Assembly: GCA_015064095.1 (NCBI GenBank)
Contig: SVSW01000005.1
Location: forward strand, 1-54,159
DNA: 54,159 nucleotides
From: Oscillospiraceae bacterium
Lineage (GTDB): Bacteria > Bacillota > Clostridia > Oscillospirales > CAG-272
Reading direction: 5' to 3'
In this document: piece by piece, positions 1 to 9,291 of the stretch
Position numbering within the stretch: position 1 is the first letter of the stretch
Layout of the letters: the number at the start of each line of letters is the position of its first letter
Notes under the pieces: generated by a model
The model's input: the letters and a program-made list of their open reading frames with translations, nothing else
Databases searched by the model: none
What the model was told of the DNA's origin: nothing
Made by a program: the position numbers and the translations under genes

Positions 1-1
1 G

Positions 2-568
2 ACCGCCTTTATCCCCGCCGGGGCAAGCGGACTTGCATCTGTTGCAATACCGATGGCAAAAGCCTTTGGGGCGCGCGTCATCACGTCCGTTCTATCCGAT
101 GAAACAGCTGAAAAAATAAAGCCGCTCGGAGCCGATGTGATCATTAATTCAACCACTCAGTGTGTTGAGGAAATACTCGCGGCGGAGGAAAAGAACGGAA
201 CTCCCGTAAGCGTTTCTATGGACTGCCTTTCGGGTGAAACGCTCGGTAAAAGCCTACCGTATATGGCACGCGGCGGATATTGGATAGTAATATCTACATT
301 AGCAGGCATCGAAACGACGGTACAGCTTCGCCCGCTTCTTACAAAGGGCTTGCATCTTGTTGGCAGTATGCTCCGTAACCGCACGCCGGAATTTAAGGCT
401 TATATTCTTTCGGAGCTTGTTGAAAACGTATGGCCGAAAATTGAGGACGGCACTATAAAGCCGTCCATCTTCAAGGTTTTGCCCATAACCGAAGCAGAAG
501 CGGCTCACGCCATTTTGGAGCGCGGTGAAAACGTTGGAAAGGTAGTTTTGAAGGTTTATAATGAGTAA
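2..568 (+). CDS. NAD(P)H-quinone oxidoreductase, MDR/PIG3-like family (5'-truncated by window edge)
   Basis: The frame is open from base 2 (TAFIPAGASGLASVAIPMAKAFGARV), a Rossmann AGASG motif; C-terminal AEAAHAILERGENVGKVVL is typical of zeta-crystallin-type reductases. Confidence 0.8.
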   Translation, partial: TAFIPAGASGLASVAIPMAKAFGARVITSVLSDETAEKIKPLGADVIINSTTQCVEEILAAEEKNGTPVSVSMDCLSGETLGKSLPYMARGGYWIVISTLAGIETTVQLRPLLTKGLHLVGSMLRNRTPEFKAYILSELVENVWPKIEDGTIKPSIFKVLPITEAEAAHAILERGENVGKVVLKVYNE

Positions 569-1481
569 AATCAAAGCCGTTTGGCTCGCTCTTTTGACCA
601 TGCTTTTATGGGGCTCGCTGTTCCCCATGGTCAAGCTTGGATTTTCGGCATATTCTGTCGAAGGCACCGCCGATATTCTTCTGTTTGCGGGAATCCGATT
701 CGTGATCTGCGGCGGTGTGATCTGCATTTTTTCTGCTATCAGGGACAAAGGATCTTATCGCCCTGTCAAGAGCTCTCTCGTTCCGATCTTACTGTCGGGA
801 GTGTTTGCAATCATTCTCCACTATGGCTTTACCTATCTTGGACTGGAGCTCACCGACAGCTCAAAAACTGCTCTTATCAAGCAGATCGGCGCACTCTTTT
901 ACATCTGCTTTTCCTTTCTCTTTATCAAAGACGATAAGCCTACCGCAAAAAAGATCCTTGCCGCGGCGGTCGGTTTTCTCGGAATTATCGCGCTAAACAT
1001 AAGCTCCGAGGGCTTTTCGTTCTCCACAGGAGATCTCTTGATCCTCTGCGCTTCCTTTTGCACGGTCTTTTCCAATGTCATCAGTAAAAAGGTGTTCTCG
1101 AAGGTTTCTCCTATCACTTCAACCGGCATATCGCAGCTTTTCGGCGGTATCGTACTATTTGCGGTCGGACTTTTTATGGGCGGAAACGTGAAATTCTCGG
1201 CAGACGGCTCTCTTTGGATAATGGCATACATTTGTGTTGCGTCCATAGTCAGCTACTGCGCGTGGTTTAAGATCATAAAAGACGGCGAGCTGTCAAAGCT
1301 GTTTATTATCAAGTTTGCCGAGCCTGTATTCGCTTGCATCTTCGGCGCTTTGATTTTGGGAGAGAATATATGGAAAATTCAGTATTTGATCGCCTTTTTG
1401 CTCATCGGCGGAAGTATATGGTTTTCAAATACGAAACATAATTCGAAAAAAGCAGAAAATCTCAGCCACCCGAAAAACTGA
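561..1481 (+). CDS. DMT/EamA family transporter
   Basis: 306 aa, about 10 hydrophobic segments, N-terminal LLWGSLFP motif and C-terminal EPVFACIFGALILGE motif. Confidence 0.85.
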   Translation: MSKIKAVWLALLTMLLWGSLFPMVKLGFSAYSVEGTADILLFAGIRFVICGGVICIFSAIRDKGSYRPVKSSLVPILLSGVFAIILHYGFTYLGLELTDSSKTALIKQIGALFYICFSFLFIKDDKPTAKKILAAAVGFLGIIALNISSEGFSFSTGDLLILCASFCTVFSNVISKKVFSKVSPITSTGISQLFGGIVLFAVGLFMGGNVKFSADGSLWIMAYICVASIVSYCAWFKIIKDGELSKLFIIKFAEPVFACIFGALILGENIWKIQYLIAFLLIGGSIWFSNTKHNSKKAENLSHPKN

Positions 1482-1513
1482 ACCCCTTATTGCAGGAAAA
1501 CAAATCAATTGCG

Positions 1514-1542
1514 AAATATTCCGAAAAAATCTGCCATAATAT
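1514..1542 (+). promoter_or_regulatory. Putative sigmaE-type promoter for ytvI
   Basis: aATAtt (1515-1520) and CATAATAT (1535-1542), with 16 nt between ATA and the -10 box, resemble the B. subtilis sigmaE consensus ATA-N16-18-CATAcanT. Confidence 0.35.
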
Positions 1543-1545
1543 ATA

Positions 1546-2634
1546 TTGATTGGGGTGATTTTTACGGAAAAAATAAATTTTGAGCGTATCGCAGCAATAG
1601 TTATATGTGTCGCGGCAGCAGGCTTTGCCGTTTGGGCGCTCTTTCATTATGCACTCGGTATCGTTTTCCCTTTCGCACTCGGCATTTTGCTCGGCGCGGC
1701 AGCAAAAAAGCTCGCCTCAAGCTTTACACGCCGTGAAGGCTTTTTACGAAAGCTTGTCGGCGCAGTTATATATCTGCTCATGCTTTTTGTGCTGTGCGCC
1801 GGAGCATTTCTTGCCGTCGAACGTCTTACACTTGAACTCTTAAAGCTCGCCGAAACCTTGACCGCCGACGGCGGTGCAACGCTTAACGGTATCGGCGACT
1901 ACATCTCAAATTTAACATCACGCCTACCGATCATAAGTGATCTGCGTGAAAAAACTGCCGACGCAGAGCTGTGGGCGCGGCTTGATACGGCACTCGAATC
2001 TGCCGTACACTCAATGCTATCCGATGTTGCCTCATCTCTGCCAAAGCTTGTCGCACAGCTCATCGGTGCTTTCCCCGATGTGTTTTTATTTATCACCGTT
2101 GCACTTGTCACGGGATTTTTCTTTTCTGTCGGCTCGGTCGATCTCGGCGCGTTTTCAAAGCTTTTGCCACAGCGTGCATCTAACGCCCTCTTTGAGCTTC
2201 GCCGCCGCGCAGTATTGGCGCTCTCAAGCTGGTTTCGCGCCTATCTGCTTATCATGGGATTGACCTTTATTGAGCTTTTTATAGGTTTTTCCGTTCTTGG
2301 CGTGAATTACGCCTTCCTTATTGCCATTCTCGTTGCCCTTGTGGACATTTTGCCCGTTTTCGGCGCAGGCGCGGTCCTGCTGCCCTGGTCGGCAATATTA
2401 TTTTTCACAGGCGACCGAACCCTTGCCGTCGGTCTTTTTGTGTTATGGGTGATCATTTCCGTCGTTCGCGATTTTGCCGAGCCGCGGATCGTTGGCAAAA
2501 CTCTTGGCATCTCCCCTGTTTTGACCCTCTTTTCGATGTACGCCGGTGCGCGATTTTTCGGAATTGCCGGAATGATATCAGCACCGCTTATTTTAATGCT
2601 CGCTAAATCCTTTTTACTGCCAAGACCCGAATAA
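1546..2634 (+). CDS. ytvI: Sporulation integral membrane protein YtvI (AI-2E family); start codon uncertain
   Basis: Multi-TM protein with VDILPVFGAGAVLLPW and EPRIVGKTLGISP motifs characteristic of YtvI. Confidence 0.8.
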   Translation: MIGVIFTEKINFERIAAIVICVAAAGFAVWALFHYALGIVFPFALGILLGAAAKKLASSFTRREGFLRKLVGAVIYLLMLFVLCAGAFLAVERLTLELLKLAETLTADGGATLNGIGDYISNLTSRLPIISDLREKTADAELWARLDTALESAVHSMLSDVASSLPKLVAQLIGAFPDVFLFITVALVTGFFFSVGSVDLGAFSKLLPQRASNALFELRRRAVLALSSWFRAYLLIMGLTFIELFIGFSVLGVNYAFLIAILVALVDILPVFGAGAVLLPWSAILFFTGDRTLAVGLFVLWVIISVVRDFAEPRIVGKTLGISPVLTLFSMYAGARFFGIAGMISAPLILMLAKSFLLPRPE

Positions 2635-2658
2635 TTCTGCATAATATACCGCATAATA
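2629..2658 (+). promoter_or_regulatory. Putative sigmaG-type (forespore) promoter
   Basis: GAATA (2629-2633), 18 nt, CATAATA (2652-2658) matches the GHATR-N18-CATAHTA consensus and lies just upstream of a GerA/SpoVAF-family gene. Confidence 0.45.
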
Positions 2659-2684
2659 ATAAAAAATTCAACGCGAGGTCTTTT

Positions 2685-4103
2685 ATGCGGAGATTATCGG
2701 AAAATTATAGAGAAAACGTTGCCGAGCTTGACCGGCTTTTGCGGATCGGTGAGAATTTTGACCTGCTCAAAAAGACTTTGACGATCGGACGCGACGAGCT
2801 GACTCTCTATTATGTTGACGGATTTATAAAGGACGCCGTCATGCAAAAAATGATGGTCTATTTTCTATCTCTCAAGGACACCTGCGCCTCAGCCCGCGAG
2901 TTTATGCAGAGCCATGTGCCCTATGTTGAGACAGATGTGACCGAGGATCTTGACACCATGCTCCTCATGGTTCTTTCGGGCTCTGCTCTTATGGTCGGCT
3001 CAAGCTTTGGCGGCGAGGCTATAATCGTTGACGCTCGCACTTACCCTGCGCGCGAAACTGCCGAGCCTCAAAACGACCGCGTTATGAACGGAGCGCGCGA
3101 CGGATTTGTTGAAACGCTGATCTTCAACACCGCACTGATCCGCCGCCGTATCCGCGACACCTCTTTGACCATGAGCTATATGAACATCGGAAAATCATCA
3201 AAAACCGATATCGTTCTTTGCTATATGGAGGGGCGCGCCGATCCCAAGGTCGTGGAAAACATACGCAAACGCCTATCCCGCATCAAGACCGAATCCTTAA
3301 CGATGGGCGCTGAATCTCTGAAAGAATGTCTGATCCGATCCCGATGGTACAATCCTTTTCCGAAAATACGTATGACGGAGCGACCCGACACGGCAGCGGC
3401 ACATCTTTTTGAGGGGAACGTGCTCGTGCTGTGCGACAATTCGCCGCAGGTCATGATCCTGCCCACAACTATTTTCGATTTTCTCCAAGAAACGAACGAT
3501 TTTTATTTTCCGCCGCTGACGGGAACTTATATCCGCATCGTGCGGCATCTTGTATTTTTTCTGACTCTTTTCTTGACCCCTACTTGGTTTTTGCTGACGC
3601 AAAATCCAACCCTCGTGCCCGATTGGCTGACGTTTATTCTGCCGAACGACCCCGGCAGGCTTCCGCTTTTGGCGCAGATACTGATCGTTGAATTTATGAT
3701 CGACGGGCTGCGAATGGCATCGATGAACACGCCCGATATTCTATCGAACTCACTGTCGGTCGTTGGCGGACTTATACTCGGCGATTTCGCCGTTGACATC
3801 GGGTGGCTTATCCCAGAGGTCATTCTATATATGGCGTTCGTTGCTATCGCGAATTTCACGCAAGCCTCCTATGAGCTTGGATACGCATTCAAATTCATGC
3901 GAATTTTGCTGGTTGTGCTGACAGCGCTATTCAATTTCTGGGGGTTTGGAGCAGGAATTTTCATTATAATCCTTCTTATTGCCACGAATCGCTCCGTTGG
4001 CGGCGGTCGAGGCTATCTCTATCCGCTTATCCCGTTCAACGCAAAGGCTCTCTTTTCAATTCTTTTCAGACGCAAAAAGCCGGATGTTGGGCATAAAGCA
4101 TAA
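2685..4103 (+). CDS. Spore germination protein, GerA/SpoVAF family
   Basis: Motifs RTYPARE, GARDGFVETL..NTALIRRRIRD, ERPD and YLYPLIPFN; soluble N-terminal domain followed by TM segments; closest in style to SpoVAF. Confidence 0.85.
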   Translation: MRRLSENYRENVAELDRLLRIGENFDLLKKTLTIGRDELTLYYVDGFIKDAVMQKMMVYFLSLKDTCASAREFMQSHVPYVETDVTEDLDTMLLMVLSGSALMVGSSFGGEAIIVDARTYPARETAEPQNDRVMNGARDGFVETLIFNTALIRRRIRDTSLTMSYMNIGKSSKTDIVLCYMEGRADPKVVENIRKRLSRIKTESLTMGAESLKECLIRSRWYNPFPKIRMTERPDTAAAHLFEGNVLVLCDNSPQVMILPTTIFDFLQETNDFYFPPLTGTYIRIVRHLVFFLTLFLTPTWFLLTQNPTLVPDWLTFILPNDPGRLPLLAQILIVEFMIDGLRMASMNTPDILSNSLSVVGGLILGDFAVDIGWLIPEVILYMAFVAIANFTQASYELGYAFKFMRILLVVLTALFNFWGFGAGIFIIILLIATNRSVGGGRGYLYPLIPFNAKALFSILFRRKKPDVGHKA

Positions 4104-4147
4104 TAAAACGCGGCAAGGCGTTAGCCTTGCCGCGTTATTTTTTATTT
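4104..4147. terminator. Bidirectional intrinsic terminator
   Basis: AACGCGGCAAGGC-gtta-GCCTTGCCGCGTT stem flanked by A and T tracts, between convergent genes. Confidence 0.85.
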
Positions 4148-4175
4148 GTATTGCAGAAAACGTTTGCTTTACGTT

Positions 4176-6398
4176 TTAATTTCCGCCCGTCCAGCCAAGC
4201 TCAGGGTCGGGCTTAGCACCGTTACCCATCCATGAGGCGGCTTCAAAGGTTTCATTTCCCTTCGCTCCGCACTCGCATGAATAATAATAATCTCCGGTTT
4301 CTTCATCGAGATATTTATCGTCTTGTACCTCTTTGTCAAAGGTATGAGCATCGGAATCAAAATCACCGTATTCCTTATGGCAACGGTCGCACTCTGCAAG
4401 CTTGCTGCATGTTGCAGTGCCGCCTGTGTGGCTATCGTAGCCCTCTGTTGCCACGCTCGTGCAGTTTGTGCATATTATATCCGTCGTGCAATCGCCGTCG
4501 TCGTCAGCGGGGGTGTGGCTCGCGTTACCCTCTACTGCGACCTGCTCGCAATTTGCATTCGTGCACATTCTGTCCTTCGTGCAGTCATCGGCGTGCGCCG
4601 CTTCGGCAACATGTGTTTTTGCAGGTGTGGTTATCTCCTCGCAAACGGAGCATTTTATCGGTGTTGTGCAGTCGCCGTCATCATCTTCGGGATCGCACGC
4701 TCCGAATTCGCCGTAGCTAAACGTTGCGGTTGTGCTTACCTCACCGCACTTGCAGGATTTATAGTACGTTGCCTGAGTCTCGCAGGTTGCATCGGTTGCC
4801 TTGGTGCTGATTCCGCCAACCACGGTCAGCTCTCTGTCATACTCGTGCGGTGTCTTGCCTCCGGCCTCGTACTCAAAATATGTGTTATATCCTACTTCGC
4901 CTGCCGTGCCGTCCTTTGAGGATTTTCCGCACTCGCAGGACTTATAGTATGTTGCGTAATCTGCGCAGGTTGCAGCCGTTTTACTGTATCCTGCTTCGGC
5001 AACTTCTTTGTCGTAGACATGAGTATGATTCTTCGGCACTGCGTAGTAATCCTCAGTTGAAACAGCTCCGCAGACGCAGGAGAAATAATAATACTTATTT
5101 CCGTCGACCGACGTATCTTCGCTCTTAAAGGTATTGTTATTCTCTACCTTTTGGTTATATACGTGGTTCGTGAGCGCTTGGTTTGCGGTGAATGTTTTGC
5201 TCTGGTCGCCAGAGGCTCTGTTGCACCATTCACAGGTCTTATAGTACTTTGCAGTGGTTTGGCACGTGTAACCGGCTGCCAATCTGTCTGCCTGAGGAAT
5301 TTCTCTTATATAATTGTGGTCCGCAAGATTTCCCGTTTCATACGTATCATCAGCCGATGAGCTAACAATATTACAGTTCGGATTTGAGCAAGAATAATAA
5401 TTCTTTGCCCTTTGCTGGCAAGTGGCAGCTGTGTACTGGCTCTCGCTCTGATTTTCAAAGTTATGGGTCTTTGCGGCAGTTGCGGTCTGATCACAATTTG
5501 CACATTTTACGGGGGTGGTGCAATTATTGTCATCGTCTTCGGGGGTATGGTTTTCGTTGCCCTCTATTGCTACCTTATCGCAGTTGACGCACATTCTGTC
5601 CGTCGTGCAGTCGCCGTCATCGGCAGCGGCGGTATGGCTGGCGTTTGCGGCTATTGCGATCTTATCGCAGTTGACGCACATTCTTGCCGTTGTGCAGTCG
5701 CCGTCATCGGCCGCAGCGGTATGGCTTGCATTACCGGCTATTGCGATCTTATCGCAGTTGACGCACATTCTTGCCGTTGTGCAGTCGCCGTCATCGGCCG
5801 CGGCTGTGTGGCTTGCATTACCGGCTATTGCGATCTTATCGCAGTTGACGCACATTCTTGCCGTTGTGCAGTCGCCGTCATCGGCAGCGGCTGTGTGGCT
5901 CTCGTTACCCTCTATTGCAACCTGATCGCAATTGGCGCACATTCTGTCCGTTGTGCAATCGCCGTCATCTGCTGCGGCAACATGAGGCTTAAGATCGCCG
6001 TGTTCGAAGGTTTCGGTTCCCTTAGCACCGCATGCGCATGAATAATAATATGCGGCTTTGGCTTTGCATGTTGCTTCGGATTTTATGTATTCGGAAGTCG
6101 CTATCTGCTTATCGAAGTTACACGTATGCGCCGATCCTGTTGTGGTGCTCGGCGTTTCCGTTGTTGTGCTCGGCGTTTCCGTTGTTGTGCTCGGCTCATT
6201 TGTCGTTGTTGAGCTCGGCGTTTCCGTTGTTGTGCTCGGTTCATTTGTCGTCGTTGAGTTCGGCACAGCAGTTGTTGTATCGCCACCCGGAGTAGTGGTA
6301 CCGTCAGTGGGTCCTCCCTGAGGTACATCGTTGCAAGCGCAAATCGCAATGCACAAAAGAATTACAGTGAGCGCTAAAACAATCAATCTTGTTTTCAT
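4176..6398 (-). CDS. His/Cys-rich repeat lipoprotein of unknown function (740 aa)
   Basis: ATG at 6398 follows AAGGAAGGG; signal peptide MKTRLIVLALTVILLCIAICAC ends in a lipobox-like Cys; then a Thr/Pro linker and about 17 H..C..CxxC or H..C..CxC units. Confidence 0.8.
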   Translation of the reverse strand: MKTRLIVLALTVILLCIAICACNDVPQGGPTDGTTTPGGDTTTAVPNSTTTNEPSTTTETPSSTTTNEPSTTTETPSTTTETPSTTTGSAHTCNFDKQIATSEYIKSEATCKAKAAYYYSCACGAKGTETFEHGDLKPHVAAADDGDCTTDRMCANCDQVAIEGNESHTAAADDGDCTTARMCVNCDKIAIAGNASHTAAADDGDCTTARMCVNCDKIAIAGNASHTAAADDGDCTTARMCVNCDKIAIAANASHTAAADDGDCTTDRMCVNCDKVAIEGNENHTPEDDDNNCTTPVKCANCDQTATAAKTHNFENQSESQYTAATCQQRAKNYYSCSNPNCNIVSSSADDTYETGNLADHNYIREIPQADRLAAGYTCQTTAKYYKTCEWCNRASGDQSKTFTANQALTNHVYNQKVENNNTFKSEDTSVDGNKYYYFSCVCGAVSTEDYYAVPKNHTHVYDKEVAEAGYSKTAATCADYATYYKSCECGKSSKDGTAGEVGYNTYFEYEAGGKTPHEYDRELTVVGGISTKATDATCETQATYYKSCKCGEVSTTATFSYGEFGACDPEDDDGDCTTPIKCSVCEEITTPAKTHVAEAAHADDCTKDRMCTNANCEQVAVEGNASHTPADDDGDCTTDIICTNCTSVATEGYDSHTGGTATCSKLAECDRCHKEYGDFDSDAHTFDKEVQDDKYLDEETGDYYYSCECGAKGNETFEAASWMGNGAKPDPELGWTGGN
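5465..5986 (-). repeat. Intragenic 87-bp tandem repeat, 6 copies (29-aa unit HTAAADDGDCTTARMCVNCDKIAIAGNAS)
   Basis: The anchor CAGTTGACGCAC recurs at 5581, 5668, 5755 and 5842 (87-bp period), with diverged copies at 5494 and 5929. Confidence 0.9.
6138..6270 (-). repeat. Low-complexity 21/24-bp repeats encoding a PSTTTET / PSSTTTNE linker
   Basis: Repeated GTTGTTGTGCTCGGCGTTTCC units on the plus strand. Confidence 0.8.
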
Positions 6399-6463
6399 AA
6401 TACCCTTCCTTTTTGCGCCCATACAAGCGCATTCTGTTGCATTATACTATGCTATGATATAAT

Positions 6464-6492
6464 ATTATACCATATTACATTACTCTTGTCAA
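6464..6492 (-). promoter_or_regulatory. Consensus sigmaA promoter for the lipoprotein gene
   Basis: Minus strand TTGACA-17 nt-TATAAT with an extended -10 TG. Confidence 0.8.
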
Positions 6493-6534
6493 TGATTTTA
6501 TATTTTTTATAATCTGTACATTTTGCATTTTCTC

Positions 6535-6563
6535 TTGACATCTCGTCTATTAAATGATATAAT
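6535..6563 (+). promoter_or_regulatory. Consensus sigmaA promoter for alaS
   Basis: TTGACA (6535-6540), 17 nt, TATAAT (6558-6563) with an extended -10 TG. Confidence 0.85.
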
Positions 6564-6605
6564 ACTATCTTGAAAAATTGTGTCACAATAAGGAAGGTTT
6601 TTACA

Positions 6606-9233
6606 ATGCAGTGGACATCTTTAAATGATCTGCGCGAAAAATATCTCGCGTTTTTTGAATCGAAGGGGCATCTTCGTTTGCCCTCATACCCTCTCGTTCC
6701 CATAAACGACAAATCTTTGCTTCTCATAAACTCCGGCATGGCTCCGATGAAAAAATTTTTCACAGGAGAGGAAGAACCGCCCCGTCGCCGCGTGACGACT
6801 TGCCAAAAGTGCATTCGTACGCCCGACCTTGAGCGCGTTGGAATTACCGCACGCCACGGAACATTCTTCGAGATGCTCGGAAACTTCTCGTTCGGCGACT
6901 ACTTTAAAGAGCAGGCGATCGAATGGGCTTGGGAATTCCTCACCGTAACTCTTGAGATCCCCGCGGATCTTCTTTGGCCGTCCATTTACGAAAACGACGA
7001 GGAAGCATTCAGTATTTGGCGCGACAAGATCGGCGTTCCCGAGGAGCATATCGTTCGTCTTGGCAAGGCGGACAACTTCTGGGAGCACGGATCGGGACCT
7101 TGCGGACCCTGCTCCGAGATCTATTTTGACCGCGGCGAAAAATACGGCTGCGGCTCGCCCGATTGCCGTCCCGGTTGCGAATGCGACCGCTATATGGAGA
7201 TCTGGAACAATGTTTTCTCACAGTTCAACAACGACGGTCAGGGCAACTACACAGAGCTTGCTCAAAAGAACATAGACACAGGAATGGGTCTTGAACGTCT
7301 TGCTTGCGTTATGCAGGGCGTTGACAATATGTTTGAGGTCGACTCCATTCAAAAGGTCATCGCCAAGGTATGTGAGATATCCGGCAAAAAATACGGCGAC
7401 GACAAAAAGAACGATATTTCCATTCGCGTTATCACAGACCACGTTCGCTCCGCAATGTTTATGATATCCGACACCGTTATTCCCTCTAACGAGGGCCGCG
7501 GGTATGTGCTTCGCCGTATTATCCGCCGCGCTTGCCGCCACGGAAAGCTGCTCGGAATCGACCGTTCATTCCTTGTCGATGTGGTTGATGTTGCCATCGC
7601 AGAGAGCTGCGGTGCATATCCTGAGCTTGAAACACGTGCGGACTATATTAAAAAGGTTCTTTCCATTGAAGAAGAACGCTTTGATGCAACCATCGATGCC
7701 GGTCTTTCCATTCTCTCAAATCTTGTACGCAGCGCACTTGCAGATAATTCCGACACCATCTCGGGCGAGGAAGTCTTCAAGCTCTACGACACGTTTGGTT
7801 TTCCCATCGATCTCACTCGAGAGATCGCACAGGAAAGCCATCTCGAGATCGATGAAGACGCCTTTGCAATGCTCATGGCCCAGCAAAAGAAGCGTGCGCG
7901 CGAGGCTCGTGCAAATATCGGCGGCTGGGATTCTTCATCTAAATCTTTACTTGAAAATATTGCTCTTACAGAATTTACGGGATACGGTAGTTTCTCCGCT
8001 CAGGCGAAAATACTTGCTATTATGGCCGACGGCGAGCTCGTTCAAAGCGTAAGTGAGGGAGATTGTACTGTCATTCTCGATCGCACCCCCTTCTACGGAG
8101 AGGGCGGCGGTCAGATCGGTGACGTGGGTACTCTCTATGCCGACGGAAAACTTATCAGTGTCACCGACACAAAAAAGACGGACGGAATTTATCTACACCT
8201 TTGCACCGTATCAAACGGCGTTTTCTCGGTTGGCGATAAAGTTACCGCTGAGATTGCGGGTGTTCGCAGAAAAGCCATAATGAGAAACCACTCCGCGGCT
8301 CATCTGCTTCAAGCATCGCTTCGCTCCGTGCTTGGCTCTCATGTTGAGCAGGCGGGCTCATACGTCAGTGATAAGGTCTGCCGTTTCGACTTCTCACATT
8401 TCCAGGCTATGACCGCAGAGGAGATCGAAAAGGTCGAAGCCACTGTAAATGCAAATATTCTTATAGCAAATCCGATAGTCACGACCGAAACAGATATCGA
8501 AACTGCTAAAAAGCAGGGTGCGACGGCGCTATTCGGCGAAAAGTACGGCAAAACCGTTCGTATGGTCAAGATGGGCAATTTCTCGAATGAGCTTTGCGGC
8601 GGTACGCATTGCTCCAACACCGGCGAGATCGGACTTTTCAAGATCGTTTCCGAAACTTCCGTTGCCGCAGGCGTTCGAAGGATCGAGGCTGTTACGGGTC
8701 TTGGTGTTCTTGAGCTTATCAAGCAGAAGGAAACGCTTATAAACGATACCGCGCGCGAGCTCAAAGCTCAAAATACCGCCGATCTTGCAAAAAGAGCCGC
8801 AGCGGTTATGAACGAGATCAAGGACGCGAGCCGCGAGATCGAAGCTCTTAATGCAAAGCTTGCATCGTCAAAGCTCGATGCTATTCTCTCCTCTGCCGTC
8901 GACGTTAAGGGTGTAAAGCTCGTGACGGCAAAGCTTGAAGGCATGAACATCAATGCCGCGCGCGCTTTGACCGATACGATCAAAGCAAATGCCGACACTG
9001 TTGCCGTGCTCTCGGTCGTTACAGACGGAAAGCTCAATTTCCTTGCCGCTGCCGGAAGCGACGCCGTAAAGGCAGGTGCACACGCAGGCAAGCTCGTTGG
9101 CGCTGTTGCCGCTATCGCCTCCGGTAAGGGCGGCGGACGCCCCGATTCTGCAATGGCGGGCGCACAGGATATCACTGCCGTTGAAAAGGCTCTTTCCGCT
9201 GCTGCTGAAATACTTGCGGGTCAGTTAAAATAA
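6606..9233 (+). CDS. alaS: Alanine--tRNA ligase
   Basis: Motifs NSGMAPMK, RHGTFFEMLGNFSFGDYFK, DTGMGLERL, editing HSAAH and ELCGGTH, C-terminal GKGGGRPD; ATG at 6606 follows AGGAAGG. Confidence 0.98.
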   Translation: MQWTSLNDLREKYLAFFESKGHLRLPSYPLVPINDKSLLLINSGMAPMKKFFTGEEEPPRRRVTTCQKCIRTPDLERVGITARHGTFFEMLGNFSFGDYFKEQAIEWAWEFLTVTLEIPADLLWPSIYENDEEAFSIWRDKIGVPEEHIVRLGKADNFWEHGSGPCGPCSEIYFDRGEKYGCGSPDCRPGCECDRYMEIWNNVFSQFNNDGQGNYTELAQKNIDTGMGLERLACVMQGVDNMFEVDSIQKVIAKVCEISGKKYGDDKKNDISIRVITDHVRSAMFMISDTVIPSNEGRGYVLRRIIRRACRHGKLLGIDRSFLVDVVDVAIAESCGAYPELETRADYIKKVLSIEEERFDATIDAGLSILSNLVRSALADNSDTISGEEVFKLYDTFGFPIDLTREIAQESHLEIDEDAFAMLMAQQKKRAREARANIGGWDSSSKSLLENIALTEFTGYGSFSAQAKILAIMADGELVQSVSEGDCTVILDRTPFYGEGGGQIGDVGTLYADGKLISVTDTKKTDGIYLHLCTVSNGVFSVGDKVTAEIAGVRRKAIMRNHSAAHLLQASLRSVLGSHVEQAGSYVSDKVCRFDFSHFQAMTAEEIEKVEATVNANILIANPIVTTETDIETAKKQGATALFGEKYGKTVRMVKMGNFSNELCGGTHCSNTGEIGLFKIVSETSVAAGVRRIEAVTGLGVLELIKQKETLINDTARELKAQNTADLAKRAAAVMNEIKDASREIEALNAKLASSKLDAILSSAVDVKGVKLVTAKLEGMNINAARALTDTIKANADTVAVLSVVTDGKLNFLAAAGSDAVKAGAHAGKLVGAVAAIASGKGGGRPDSAMAGAQDITAVEKALSAAAEILAGQLK

Positions 9234-9243
9234 TAATCAAAAT

Positions 9244-9289
9244 AAAAAATATCCCACACGCGAATGCGTGTGGGATATTTTTTGTTTTT
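9244..9289. terminator. Bidirectional intrinsic terminator
   Basis: AAAAAATATCCCACACGC-gaat-GCGTGTGGGATATTTTTT between convergent alaS and the ABC operon. Confidence 0.9.
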
Positions 9290-9291
9290 GA

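Noticed and set aside
4375-4395. CxxCH (CDRCH) haem-c motif in the repeat lipoprotein
   Set aside because: It is a single occurrence among many CxxC units that lack the following His, so it is probably chance rather than a multihaem cytochrome.
5465-6270. Repeats as a possible CRISPR array
   Set aside because: They are contiguous in-frame coding repeats with no unique spacers and no cas genes nearby.
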